Positions 1 through 8,603 of a stretch of 64,000 nucleotides of DNA are shown here, one piece after another. The notes beneath the pieces are model-generated. The model did not search any database. It was not told where the DNA came from and saw nothing but the letters and a program-made list of their open reading frames with translations. The DNA is taken from assembly GCA_902776185.1 (NCBI GenBank), contig CACYPH010000004.1:6982-70981 (forward strand), read 5' to 3'. The position numbers and the translations under genes were made by a program. Position 1 is the stretch's first letter, and each line of letters starts with the position of its first letter. The DNA is from an uncultured Ruminococcus sp. GTDB lineage: Bacteria > Bacillota > Clostridia > Oscillospirales > Acutalibacteraceae.

Positions 1-1272
1 CAGATCCCGGGCGTCTATGTCCCGTCGCTGTATGACGTCAGCTACAATGACGACGGCACGATCAAATCCGTCATCCCCCGCGACGGCGCGCCCGAAAAAG
101 TCGAAAAGCGCGTTATCATGGATATGGATTCCTGCTATTATCCCGACAATTTCGTCCTGCCCAATATTGAGATCGTCCACGACCGCGCTGTCATGGAGAT
201 CTTCCGCGGCTGTATCCGCGGCTGCCGATTCTGTCAGGCGGGATTCCTGTATCGCCCCGTGCGCGAGAAAAGCATCGACCGCATCAACGAGGAATGCCAC
301 GCCCTCTGCCGCAACACCGGCTACGACGAGGTATCGCTTTCCTCACTCAGCTCCAGCGACTATACCCAGGTCGTCCCGATGCTCAAAAAGCTCAATAGTT
401 GGGCGAAGCCCGAGCAGGTCAGCCTTTCTCTGCCGAGCCTGCGCGTCGACGGCTTCTCCGACGATATCCTTGACGAGATCAAGACCGTCCGCAAAAGCGG
501 TCTGACCTTTGCGCCCGAAGCAGGCTCTCAGCGCCTGCGCGACGCGATCAATAAGAACGTCTTTGAGGACGAGCTGATCAATACCTGCCGCGTCGCCTTT
601 GAGGGCGGCTATACGACCGTCAAGCTGTATTTCATGATCGGCTTGCCGACCGAAACGATGGACGACGTAGCGGCGATCGCCGATCTCGGCAAAAAAGTCC
701 TCGATACCTATTACAGTGTCGAGAATCGTCCGAAAGGCAAGTCACCGCGCGTGACATTATCCGCGTCATCCTTTGTGCCGAAGCCCTTCACACCGTTCCA
801 GTGGGAGCCGCAGGACACCATGGACACCCTGCGCGAAAAACAACAGCACATCAAAGCGTCTATCGCATCCAAAAAGATCAGCGTGTCCAAAGTCACCTAC
901 AACTACCACGATACCGATACCTCGTTCCTCGAGGCGGTATTTGCACGCGGCGACCGCAAGCTCAACAAAGCGATGCTGCTCGCCCATCAGCGCGGGATGC
1001 GTTTCGATTCGTGGAGCGATTGCTTCTCGCTGCAAAACTGGCTGGATGTTTTCGCAGAATGCGGCATCGACCCCGCGTTTTATGCCAACCGCCGCCGCGA
1101 CTTCGACGAGACCCTCCCGTGGGATCACCTCGATTACGGTATCACCAAGGATTTCCTTAAGCGCGAGTGCGAGCGCGCCTATGCGTCGCAGACTTCGCCC
1201 AACTGCCGCGAGGGATGTATGAACTGCGGTATGAAAAAATACGGCGGAGGTGTTTGCTATGAAAAACGCTAG
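1..1272 (+). CDS. B12-binding radical SAM protein (TIGR03960-like), 5' truncated by window edge
   Basis: Frame is open from base 1 (QIPGVYVPSLY...). It has the CxxxCxxC motif (RGCIRGCRFCQAG), FVPKPFTPFQW and a C-terminal Cys cluster, and is paired with the downstream DUF2344-like gene. Confidence 0.85.
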   Translation, partial: QIPGVYVPSLYDVSYNDDGTIKSVIPRDGAPEKVEKRVIMDMDSCYYPDNFVLPNIEIVHDRAVMEIFRGCIRGCRFCQAGFLYRPVREKSIDRINEECHALCRNTGYDEVSLSSLSSSDYTQVVPMLKKLNSWAKPEQVSLSLPSLRVDGFSDDILDEIKTVRKSGLTFAPEAGSQRLRDAINKNVFEDELINTCRVAFEGGYTTVKLYFMIGLPTETMDDVAAIADLGKKVLDTYYSVENRPKGKSPRVTLSASSFVPKPFTPFQWEPQDTMDTLREKQQHIKASIASKKISVSKVTYNYHDTDTSFLEAVFARGDRKLNKAMLLAHQRGMRFDSWSDCFSLQNWLDVFAECGIDPAFYANRRRDFDETLPWDHLDYGITKDFLKRECERAYASQTSPNCREGCMNCGMKKYGGGVCYEKR

Positions 1273-1924
1273 AGTATTCTTTACCAAAGACGGCGCGTGC
1301 AAATATATCTCCCACCTCGATACCAACCGCGTTATGCTGCGCGCGATCGGCAAAAGCCGTCTCGACATCTGGCACACCGAGGGATTCCACCAGCACGCCT
1401 ATATCACCTTTGCACTGCCGCTGTCCCTCGGATTCGCCTCCACTTGCGAGAGCATGGATTTTCGCCTGCTCGACGACAACGCCGACATGAGCGCCATCCC
1501 CGAGATGCTCAACGCCTGCCTGCCCGCGGGCATCCGCGTACAGCGCTGTGTCGAGCCGAAGTACAAGCCTGCCGATATCGACAGCGCTGCCTATGCGGTC
1601 GCGATCGAGCCGATGAACGCTCACGATATTTCTTTGGAAGAATTATACACAAAACTCAACGATTTCTTGAATCAGTCTGCAATCATTGTTGAAAAGAAGA
1701 CGAAAAAGGGCAAGAAGCAGGTCGATTTAACAGAATATATACTGGACTGCAGTACAGACTTTGATGAGAACATTCTGCTGACGCTTCGCCTGCCTGCAGG
1801 ATCGACTCTCAATATCAATCCGTCGCTGCTGATCGGCGCATTTGCGGAATATTGCGGCGTCGAGCTCCATTCCGACATGACCCGCACCGGCATTTTTACC
1901 AAGGAGGGCAAGCCCTTTGAGTAA
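1259..1924 (+). CDS. Radical SAM-linked protein (TIGR03936/DUF2344-like)
   Basis: Motifs KYISHLD...EGFHQH...FALPLSLG; GGAGG RBS before ATG 1259; overlaps the upstream radical SAM gene. Confidence 0.85.
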   Translation: MKNARVFFTKDGACKYISHLDTNRVMLRAIGKSRLDIWHTEGFHQHAYITFALPLSLGFASTCESMDFRLLDDNADMSAIPEMLNACLPAGIRVQRCVEPKYKPADIDSAAYAVAIEPMNAHDISLEELYTKLNDFLNQSAIIVEKKTKKGKKQVDLTEYILDCSTDFDENILLTLRLPAGSTLNINPSLLIGAFAEYCGVELHSDMTRTGIFTKEGKPFE

Positions 1925-2609
1925 GAACTACGATATCATCCTGCTGGACGCAGATGAGACCGTCTACGATTTTATCCTTGCTGAGAAGACCGCCGTCAGC
2001 CGTACCCTGTCGCACTTCGGCGTCGACGTGACCGACGAGGTCGTCAGGCTTTACAGCGCCTGCAATCTGTGGTGCTGGAAGGCGCTCGAGCGCGGCGAGC
2101 TGAGCCGCGACGATCTCAAGCCCCACCGCTTTCAAATGCTCTTTGAGCGCATCGGCAGAGACCCCGTCGATTTCCGCGCCGTTAACGAAATGTACGAGAG
2201 CAACCTATCACAGTGCGGTTTCATGCTGCCCGGCGCGACGGAATTCGTCAAAAAGCTCCACGAGGAATACGACGTCAAGATCTATCTTGCTACCAACGGA
2301 CTGACCATTCCTCAGACCGGCAGATATGTGCGCTCCGGGATCGACCGCTATGTGGACGGCATCTATATCTCCGAGCAGATCGGCGCGTCCAAGCCCGATA
2401 AAGCATATTTCGACTATATCTTCAACGACCTCGGGATAACGGATAAAAGCCGCGTGATCATCCTCGGCGACAGCCTGACCTCCGATATGCAGGGCGGCAG
2501 AAACGCGGGGATCACCACCTGCCGCTATCTGCGCGGCGCCGAACCCGACGCCAACTCCCTCTGCGACTACGAGATCACCGAATACGATCAATTTTTTGAG
2601 ATCATATAA
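1917..2609 (+). CDS. HAD-family hydrolase, YjjG-like pyrimidine nucleotidase
   Basis: Motif I DADETVYDF, motif II ATNG, KPD, and GDSLTSDMQGG. Confidence 0.85.
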   Translation: MSKNYDIILLDADETVYDFILAEKTAVSRTLSHFGVDVTDEVVRLYSACNLWCWKALERGELSRDDLKPHRFQMLFERIGRDPVDFRAVNEMYESNLSQCGFMLPGATEFVKKLHEEYDVKIYLATNGLTIPQTGRYVRSGIDRYVDGIYISEQIGASKPDKAYFDYIFNDLGITDKSRVIILGDSLTSDMQGGRNAGITTCRYLRGAEPDANSLCDYEITEYDQFFEII

Positions 2610-2643
2610 GAACCCGCCTGTATATAATGTTACAGGCGGGTTT
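2610..2643. terminator. Bidirectional intrinsic terminator between convergent genes
   Basis: Inverted repeat aacccgcctgta...tacaggcgggtt. Confidence 0.65.
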
Positions 2644-2650
2644 ACAATAG

Positions 2651-3013
2651 TTATTGAGTTTCTTTAGCTGTATTAATTGAAGCAATCAGAATCCTCTTGA
2701 TTTCCAAGCAATCATTCAACATAGACAAAGCTATTTTGTGTTCCAGATAGTCAGATTTTTCCAGAAGATGAAGCCAGTATTCTGTTTCAGCGGTTTCTTT
2801 TAAGGCGATATGGAGCTTTGCGATGAAATCAGCTTTGCTGTTTCCATATTGTGCTTCATTGATATTTGCGCCGATGGAAGTCCCGCTTCTTAAAATCTGT
2901 TTGGATAAGACAGATTCATGTTTTTCTTTTATTAAATAACGATTCAATTTAACTATTCGCACTCCAAAGTCGATTGACTTATCAATTAGTACATTCTCTT
3001 TCATTACAATCAC
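2651..3013 (-). CDS. Four-helix-bundle protein (23S rRNA IVS protein / TIGR02436 family)
   Basis: Signature QILRSGTSIGANINEA...SKADFIAKLHIALKETAETEYWL. Confidence 0.9.
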   Translation of the reverse strand: MIVMKENVLIDKSIDFGVRIVKLNRYLIKEKHESVLSKQILRSGTSIGANINEAQYGNSKADFIAKLHIALKETAETEYWLHLLEKSDYLEHKIALSMLNDCLEIKRILIASINTAKETQ

Positions 3014-3061
3014 CGTTCATATTGTAACAGATACTTTTCTGTAAATCAATTATTAAACAGT

Positions 3062-3146
3062 TATTCAGTCTTAAGTTTTCAGTATTCATTTAGAAAAGCC
3101 TGTCGATCTACTTAAGACTTAAGACTGAATACTTAAGAATGAATAA
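3062..3146. repeat. Heptamer-periodic inverted repeat upstream of the four-helix-bundle gene
   Basis: tattcagtcttaagt (3062-3076) is the exact reverse complement of acttaagactgaata (3117-3131); 7-nt periodicity of ttaagac/tgaatac units. Confidence 0.7.
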
Positions 3147-3155
3147 TACAAAGCA

Positions 3156-3185
3156 AAAAGCCTGCCACATTGTGACAGGCTTTTC
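3156..3185 (-). terminator. Terminator downstream of tRNA-Ser
   Basis: Hairpin aaaagcctg-ccacattgtga-caggctttt immediately 3' of the tRNA CCA end. Confidence 0.6.
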
Positions 3186-3189
3186 GCTT

Positions 3190-3278
3190 TGGCGTAGAGT
3201 GAGGGATTTGAACCCTCGGTACCAGAAAGGTACACAGCATTTCCAGTGCTGCTCCTTCGGCCACTCGGACAACTCTAC
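3190..3278 (-). tRNA. tRNA-Ser (GGA)
   Basis: Reverse complement is GTAGAGTTGTCCGAGTGGCCGAAGGAGCAGCACTGGAAATGCTGTGTACC...GGTTCAAATCCCTCACTCTACGCCA: anticodon loop CT-GGA-AA, long variable arm, encoded CCA. Confidence 0.96.
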
Positions 3279-3316
3279 GTGTGGTCAAATGAATGCTTCG
3301 ATTCAGTTGCTCAACT

Positions 3317-3345
3317 ATTATATACAATTCTCGCGAAAAAATCAA
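3317..3345 (-). promoter_or_regulatory. Sigma-A-type promoter for tRNA-Ser
   Basis: TTGATT-N17-TATAAT on the minus strand. Confidence 0.65.
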
Positions 3346-3646
3346 TACTTTTTTGAAAGTTCTTTTGAAATAATCCCAAAAAGCACCATATTCTGTATAG
3401 GGAAATGACGATATTCCCAAAACAACACAAGATAGCGCACTTTATTTCTTTTATAGAATAAATAACAGTTTTGTAATGCCTTGAAAGCTTCCTTTGACGA
3501 AATTTAATAGCACAAATTGTGCATCTTGCACAACGCAGGGAGAAAATCCACAAAATGAAACCCCTAAAATAGTGGATTATTTACAGTTTTGTTTCTAAAT
3601 TGGAATGAAAACTGATTTTCAGTGTGAATACCTCTCAAAATTGTTG

Positions 3647-3675
3647 TTGATTTTTTACAAATTTTTAGGTATAAT
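3647..3675 (+). promoter_or_regulatory. Sigma-A-type promoter for the SipW-associated locus
   Basis: TTGATT(3647-3652)-N17-TATAAT(3670-3675). Confidence 0.65.
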
Positions 3676-3798
3676 CATTATGGATTTACTATAAGTATCT
3701 GTGGCTTTATGCATTTTTATGGCAAAAATGACAGATATACCTATTATATAAGGCTTCTAAACCACTTGCTTTTACAATAAGATTTAATGGTGATTTGT

Positions 3799-4614
3799 AT
3801 GGAAGAAAGAACAAACCAAGAATTATTGAAAGAATTGAACCGGCTGACGAAGGCGCAGGCGCGGATCAAGCGCCGCACCACCTTCATGCTCAGCATTATT
3901 GCGATGCTGGTGCTGATCACCGGTACATTAGCGTGGTTTACGCTCTCTAACTTTGCAAGCGTACATGAGATGACGCTCAAGATCTCCACTGCTCCTGAGT
4001 TATATCTCGATATCGAGAATCACGGCGACAATTATAAATTGTATAAAAAGGTTCTCACCAATGACATGATCAATACATATCTTGCTTCCGTCAATGCCGA
4101 TCGTCTTGACAAACAGCTCCTCGATCCGGTCACTTCGCGCAACGGTATCGCGATGACGAATCGCTCCGGCTCAGCAAGAGAAGCGAACAAGAACTCCTAC
4201 CTTGAGGTCAAAGTATGGTTTATCGCGACCAAGGATATGTGGGTACACCTTTCGGGTCAGAATGTTGAGGTTGAAGGTCAGTCCGCAACCTCTTCCGTCA
4301 CCACCACCGAGACCGGCTCAAAAGCAGACGTTATCCGTGCACTGCGCATTTCGTATGAAGATTCCGGCTCTGCAGCGATTTGGGAGCCGAATCAGGGCAC
4401 AGCGGTTGCCGGCCAGTCGACCTTTGACGTCAGCAACAGCTTCTCCAATTCCACCCGCCTCTTCCATCTCGACGCCCTGACCCCCAAGCAGATCACCATC
4501 CGCATCTGGGCAGAGGGCGAAGACCCCGAGTGCGACAACGACGTCCAGGACGCAAACGTCACCATCGAAATGCTCTTCGGCGGCACAGACGATAACAATA
4601 GCTCGTTCGAATAA
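3799..4614 (+). CDS. Secreted protein with SipW-type signal peptide; putative fibre/pilin-like subunit 1
   Basis: Signal KRR-hydrophobic-GTLAWFT; LDPVTSRNG; C-terminal IRIWAEGEDPEC shared with paralogues. Confidence 0.7.
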   Translation: MEERTNQELLKELNRLTKAQARIKRRTTFMLSIIAMLVLITGTLAWFTLSNFASVHEMTLKISTAPELYLDIENHGDNYKLYKKVLTNDMINTYLASVNADRLDKQLLDPVTSRNGIAMTNRSGSAREANKNSYLEVKVWFIATKDMWVHLSGQNVEVEGQSATSSVTTTETGSKADVIRALRISYEDSGSAAIWEPNQGTAVAGQSTFDVSNSFSNSTRLFHLDALTPKQITIRIWAEGEDPECDNDVQDANVTIEMLFGGTDDNNSSFE

Positions 4615-4625
4615 GATTCTTTTTC

Positions 4626-4657
4626 GAATAACGGATAATGGATAACGGATAACGGTT
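4626..4657 (+). repeat. Left arm: 4 x heptamer ATAA(C/T)GG
   Basis: ATAACGG ATAATGG ATAACGG ATAACGG; complementary to the arm at 5110-5140. Confidence 0.8.
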
Positions 4658-4717
4658 AAGGGAAAATCCTTGCGGATTTTTTGATTCCGGTATGTCCTTG
4701 ATTTGTGAGGAATGATT

Positions 4718-5074
4718 ATGAAAGGCGAACTTGCTGATTATTCTATCCGTTTTGCGATCAGGATCGTCAATTATTATAAATGGCTTACAGAGGAAAGGCG
4801 AGAATTTGTTATGGCTCGTCAAATCCTCAGAAGCGGAACAAGTATAGGCGCAAATATTCATGAGTCTAATTTTGCCGCGAGCCGCAATGATTTCAGAAAC
4901 AAGCTTCGTATAGCCGCTAAAGAGGCAAGCGAAACGGAGTATTGGTTAATAGTATTAGAAAAAACCGGATACTTTGATAAAAATTTTTTAGATTTAAAAC
5001 CAACCTTAACGTCGATCATAAAAATGTTGACAGCGACATTAAAGAATCTCGATGATGACGATGATGAAACATAA
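4718..5074 (+). CDS. Four-helix-bundle protein (23S rRNA IVS protein / TIGR02436 family)
   Basis: Signature RQILRSGTSIGANIHES...SRNDFRNKLRIAAKEASETEYWL; more AT-rich than its neighbours; start could also be 4712. Confidence 0.9.
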   Translation: MKGELADYSIRFAIRIVNYYKWLTEERREFVMARQILRSGTSIGANIHESNFAASRNDFRNKLRIAAKEASETEYWLIVLEKTGYFDKNFLDLKPTLTSIIKMLTATLKNLDDDDDET

Positions 5075-5109
5075 GATAATTGGAATACAAAACGCGAAGC
5101 GTTTCCCGC

Positions 5110-5140
5110 AACCATTATTCATTATCCGTTATCCAATATC
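5110..5140 (-). repeat. Right arm: 4 x heptamer, inverted relative to 4626-4657
   Basis: CCATTAT TCATTAT CCGTTAT CCAATAT, the reverse complement of ATAA(C/T)GG-like units. Confidence 0.8.
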
Positions 5141-5237
5141 CAAATGCTTCTCGGCTTAAACAGGCGCAGAAACGCTTGATTAAATATGTAAATCATGTCC
5201 TTGTGTTTGGGACATAAAAAATTAAGGAGGAATTCTC

Positions 5238-6026
5238 ATGAAAAACACAAAATTCAGAAGAAGAGCGTTGATCTCTTCCGTTGCGATGCTCCTCGTAGCT
5301 CTCGTAGCTCTTGGTTCCGCGACATTCGCATGGTTCACATCAGCCACACAGGCGACAGCAAACGGTATCAGCGTTAGAACCATCAAGGCATCTGAGCTGG
5401 TCATCTCCAAGTCCGATCTGCAGTGGGGAACATCCGTTGACTACGACTTGAGCAGCAATTCTTACACACCTGTATCGACTATTAACGGCACAGCTTGGTA
5501 CGAAGCGAACGCTGAAGTCAAGACTAACTACGCTAAGTCTGACGATGATGATTTCGATACAGTCAGTACTGCTACAAACCACTATTTCAGCGAGATGATC
5601 AACGTTGCTAACAAGGGCGACGCTGCTGTTAACGGAGTTACGATTGACATTACCGGTCTTACCTCTGACTATGCTCGTCTTGCGATTTATGAAGTTACCG
5701 CTAATGTAGTAGGCAATGGCGTTGGTATTCATGCTACCAATAATGAGACATTTGCTGATTGCATCTATGATTCTGAGGGCGACACTTATAGTGCTGTTAC
5801 CGGTGCAACCACTACTTCTAGCGTAACCGCTACATCTGCAAGTGGTCTGTCTATCAGTGTTGGCAACCTTGCCGGTAAGACCGGCTCCAATGAACTCGGC
5901 GATGTTAAGTACTACAAGTTCTTCATTTGGTTTGAGGGTCAGGATGAGGACTGCGTTGACGCAAAAGCGGGCGCAGCTTTCGGTAACCTCGAGTTCACCG
6001 TATCCGGTACCACAGCTACTTCGTAA
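5238..6026 (+). CDS. SipW-signal-peptide protein; candidate major fibre subunit
   Basis: Signal KFRRR-hydrophobic-ATFAWFT; YTPVSTING; FIWFEGQDEDC; perfect AAGGAGG RBS; GCT/ACT/GGT/AAC-rich codons typical of highly expressed genes. Confidence 0.75.
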   Translation: MKNTKFRRRALISSVAMLLVALVALGSATFAWFTSATQATANGISVRTIKASELVISKSDLQWGTSVDYDLSSNSYTPVSTINGTAWYEANAEVKTNYAKSDDDDFDTVSTATNHYFSEMINVANKGDAAVNGVTIDITGLTSDYARLAIYEVTANVVGNGVGIHATNNETFADCIYDSEGDTYSAVTGATTTSSVTATSASGLSISVGNLAGKTGSNELGDVKYYKFFIWFEGQDEDCVDAKAGAAFGNLEFTVSGTTATS

Positions 6027-6167
6027 TTGTTGATAAGTTAATACTTTATAACAATACATGAACAACAACGTAACGACGCTGTAAAATGATCGAACCGATC
6101 ATATCTCGATCACTGATAAGATGCTTCGTAAGGTGATCTAAGAGATTTCTCTTTAAATAAAATATTC

Positions 6168-6202
6168 GGCGGCGTCGGTGGCAAACACACGCCGGCGCCG
6201 CG
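6168..6202 (+). other. Strong GC-rich stem-loop downstream of the candidate major subunit gene
   Basis: gcggcgtcggtg / cgccggcgccgc form a 12-bp stem including G-U pairs. Confidence 0.55.
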
Positions 6203-6260
6203 TAACGAATGATTTTATTTCAGCCTCCTATAATCAGGCAAGGAGGCGGGGAGAGTTTTG

Positions 6261-6327
6261 ATGATTAATGAATAATGATTGATGATTGGTGGATTTATTC
6301 CATCATCCATCATCTATCATCTATTAT
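6261..6327. repeat. Heptamer inverted-repeat hairpin with no enclosed gene
   Basis: ATGATTA ATGAATA ATGATTG ATGATTG ... CCATCAT CCATCAT CTATCAT CTATTAT. Confidence 0.65.
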
Positions 6328-6550
6328 CCCTACAGTAGCCCGATCATCTGTCTCTCGCTCTTTTTGAGCAGAGATCAAAACGTTTTGAACTATGCGAAAA
6401 TGGAGTGTAGGGGCGGAACGGCAGTTTCGCCCATCACGCCCCTATGTTTCTCCTTTTTGTACAACAACCTTTCGCTGAAAACGCATGAATAGTTCTGATC
6501 TGTGCACCTGCGGAAAAGATGCAGAGATTAAAACTATACTGGAGTGTATT

Positions 6551-7465
6551 ATGAAAGAAAACAAAACAGAAGAAATGGCGATGACGGAGTCACAGGAGTC
6601 AAAGCCCGAGAAAAAGGGAAAAAGAATTGCATTAGCGATCATCAATACGATCATCAATATATTGATCGTCGTTGTACTGGTAATCTCTGTACTGGTCGCA
6701 ACGGTTGCTTTGACATCAAAATCAGATCCGAACGGCTTGCCGAATATTTTCGGCTACACCTTTGAATATGTTCAGACAAACTCCATGAACGCTGAATCCC
6801 CCGACGGATACGAAGGCGGCAATTTCAGCGACCAGGACGTCATTATCGGTAAGACCTATTCTCCCGATGCATTTCCCGATCTCAATGTCGGCGATATCGT
6901 TACCTATCGCTCACCGATGCTGGATGCCGACGGAAACGTGATGTTGATTACCCACCGTATCGTCGAGAAAAAAGTCGTCGGCGGTGAATCGGTTTTCAGA
7001 ACAAAAGGTGATGCGAATAGCGTGATCGACCAGCAGTCTGAGGGTCAGTACTTGGTATCCGCCGATATCGTTTCCGTTTTCTATACGGATAAGTATCACG
7101 GCAAGATCTTGAGAAATTTTGCCGGCGTTTTCAGAACCGTCCGCAGCCAGCAAGGCTTCTTCCTTTTCATCTTGATCCCGATGATCGCGTTCTTCCTCTA
7201 TGCGATTATCCGCGTGATCATCAGCGCAATGAATTATAAGAAGGACAAGGCGGAAGAAGAAAAACAGGAAGCGGTCGAAGCTGCTGTTGCAGAAGCTCTC
7301 GCAGAAAAAGACGCCCAAAAGCCCGAGAACATGACCCCCGAGCAGATCGAGCAGTTCAAAAAATTCTTGGCTCAGCAAGAGGCGCAAAAAGCAGAGGAAT
7401 CTGCTGAGGATGCTCCCGCTGAGGACGAATCTACCGATTCACCCGAAGAACCTGCGGACGAATAA
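6551..7465 (+). CDS. sipW: Signal peptidase I, SipW/ER type (S26), paralogue 1
   Basis: N-terminal TM, VQTNSM (catalytic Ser), VGDIVTY, LITHRI (His), TKGDAN, C-terminal TM and acidic tail; GGAG RBS at 6541. Confidence 0.85.
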   Translation: MKENKTEEMAMTESQESKPEKKGKRIALAIINTIINILIVVVLVISVLVATVALTSKSDPNGLPNIFGYTFEYVQTNSMNAESPDGYEGGNFSDQDVIIGKTYSPDAFPDLNVGDIVTYRSPMLDADGNVMLITHRIVEKKVVGGESVFRTKGDANSVIDQQSEGQYLVSADIVSVFYTDKYHGKILRNFAGVFRTVRSQQGFFLFILIPMIAFFLYAIIRVIISAMNYKKDKAEEEKQEAVEAAVAEALAEKDAQKPENMTPEQIEQFKKFLAQQEAQKAEESAEDAPAEDESTDSPEEPADE

Positions 7466-7516
7466 TCCGCTTGATATTACCGCGTACTATTCCAAATGTA
7501 AAGGAGCTGTTTTACA

Positions 7517-8461
7517 TTGAGCAAGAAAAAACCGAAGACTGATGAGCCCTTTACCCCGGAACAGCTCGCAAAGTTAGAGACAAAGGGCGACAAGGATGTC
7601 CAGCTGCAGCGCCAGAAGGAAGGTCTTTTCCAAAGATATAACGCAAAACGCGATTCCAAGGCGATTGCAAAACAGGTCAAGTGGAAACGCCGCGCCGGCG
7701 TAGCGCTTGTCGTTGCGGTATCCGTCCTGCTGATTCTGTATATTATCTCATGGCTTCTGACCACCATCGGCGATCTGGTCATTTCCGTCGACTCCGGCGC
7801 CGCTAAGAAAGGTATCACCATCTCAGCGAACGAGGATGGCTCTGACGCTCAGACAAAGCTATATGCTAACATGGTCAAGGATGTTACGAACATTACATAT
7901 GATTGGCTGCCTGCCACCCTCGATATGGAGGCGTTCGGTTCTCATAACGGCCGCAATTATATGGCGTACACCTTCCAGTTGACCAATAACGGTAAAGAGA
8001 CCGTTGACTATATTTCGACCCTCAAGGCGGTTCGTGCCGCGAAATCTGCCGATGAAGCGTGTCGAATCATGGTGTATCGCAACGGAGAACCGGCAGTTTA
8101 CGCGAAAGAGAACATGGGCCTGACCACCGACGATAAATCTCCCGAACCTTTCGAGAAGATTTTCAAGAAGGTTATCCCCGATAATTACGATGCTCCCGAC
8201 GAGGAAGAGATCAAGGCAGCTGCCGAAGAACCTCAGAACAAAGAGGCAGTCGAAGTCACCGATGAAGAGCTTGTCATTAACCAGTGGGACGATGACGTAA
8301 CTGTTTTTAGCAATACTCGAGAAGGCATCGCTCCCGGCGATACCGACAAGTACACCATCGTCATGTGGATCGAGGGCAAAGACCCCGAGTGTATCGACGA
8401 TATCCGCAGCGGTTACGTCAAGCTCGAATGGTTCTTCTCCATCGCCGACGAAGAATTATAA
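7517..8461 (+). CDS. Membrane-anchored paralogue of the fibre-subunit family with degenerate cleavage motif
   Basis: Long charged N-terminus, TM ending IISWLLT, YMAYTFQLTN, and VMWIEGKDPECID. Confidence 0.65.
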   Translation: MSKKKPKTDEPFTPEQLAKLETKGDKDVQLQRQKEGLFQRYNAKRDSKAIAKQVKWKRRAGVALVVAVSVLLILYIISWLLTTIGDLVISVDSGAAKKGITISANEDGSDAQTKLYANMVKDVTNITYDWLPATLDMEAFGSHNGRNYMAYTFQLTNNGKETVDYISTLKAVRAAKSADEACRIMVYRNGEPAVYAKENMGLTTDDKSPEPFEKIFKKVIPDNYDAPDEEEIKAAAEEPQNKEAVEVTDEELVINQWDDDVTVFSNTREGIAPGDTDKYTIVMWIEGKDPECIDDIRSGYVKLEWFFSIADEEL

Positions 8462-8466
8462 TACTA

Positions 8467-8514
8467 GGCTCCCTTTGGTAAAGGGAGCTGTCGGCAAAGC
8501 CGACTGAGGAATTG
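8467..8514 (+). repeat. REP-like two-hairpin repeat, family A
   Basis: ggctccctttggtaaagggagctgtcggcaaagccgactgaggaattg; identical to 49337-49384. Confidence 0.85.
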
Positions 8515-8603
8515 TATTAATGTCGCGCAGCGACCAACCATTAAATCATTCGGATGAAAGATCATCCTCACCAAATAAAATCCAGCACAAGGAGTAGAAC
8601 ACT

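Noticed and set aside
3495-3501. TGACGAA as a Spo0A box controlling the fibre locus
   Set aside because: A single degenerate 7-mer, far from the promoter, is expected by chance.
3133-3553. Short ORFs over the tRNA and promoter region, and likewise over rnpB (35785-36110)
   Set aside because: They overlap RNA genes or AT-rich regulatory DNA and show no coding signature.
2651-5074. Four-helix-bundle genes as Avd of a diversity-generating retroelement
   Set aside because: No reverse transcriptase and no TR/VR pair differing at adenines was seen in the window.
6160-6450. c-di-GMP riboswitch or T-box in the long intergenic region
   Set aside because: A GGCAAA-containing loop is present, but I could not find the rest of the GEMM consensus or a T-box motif. 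An Rfam search is needed.
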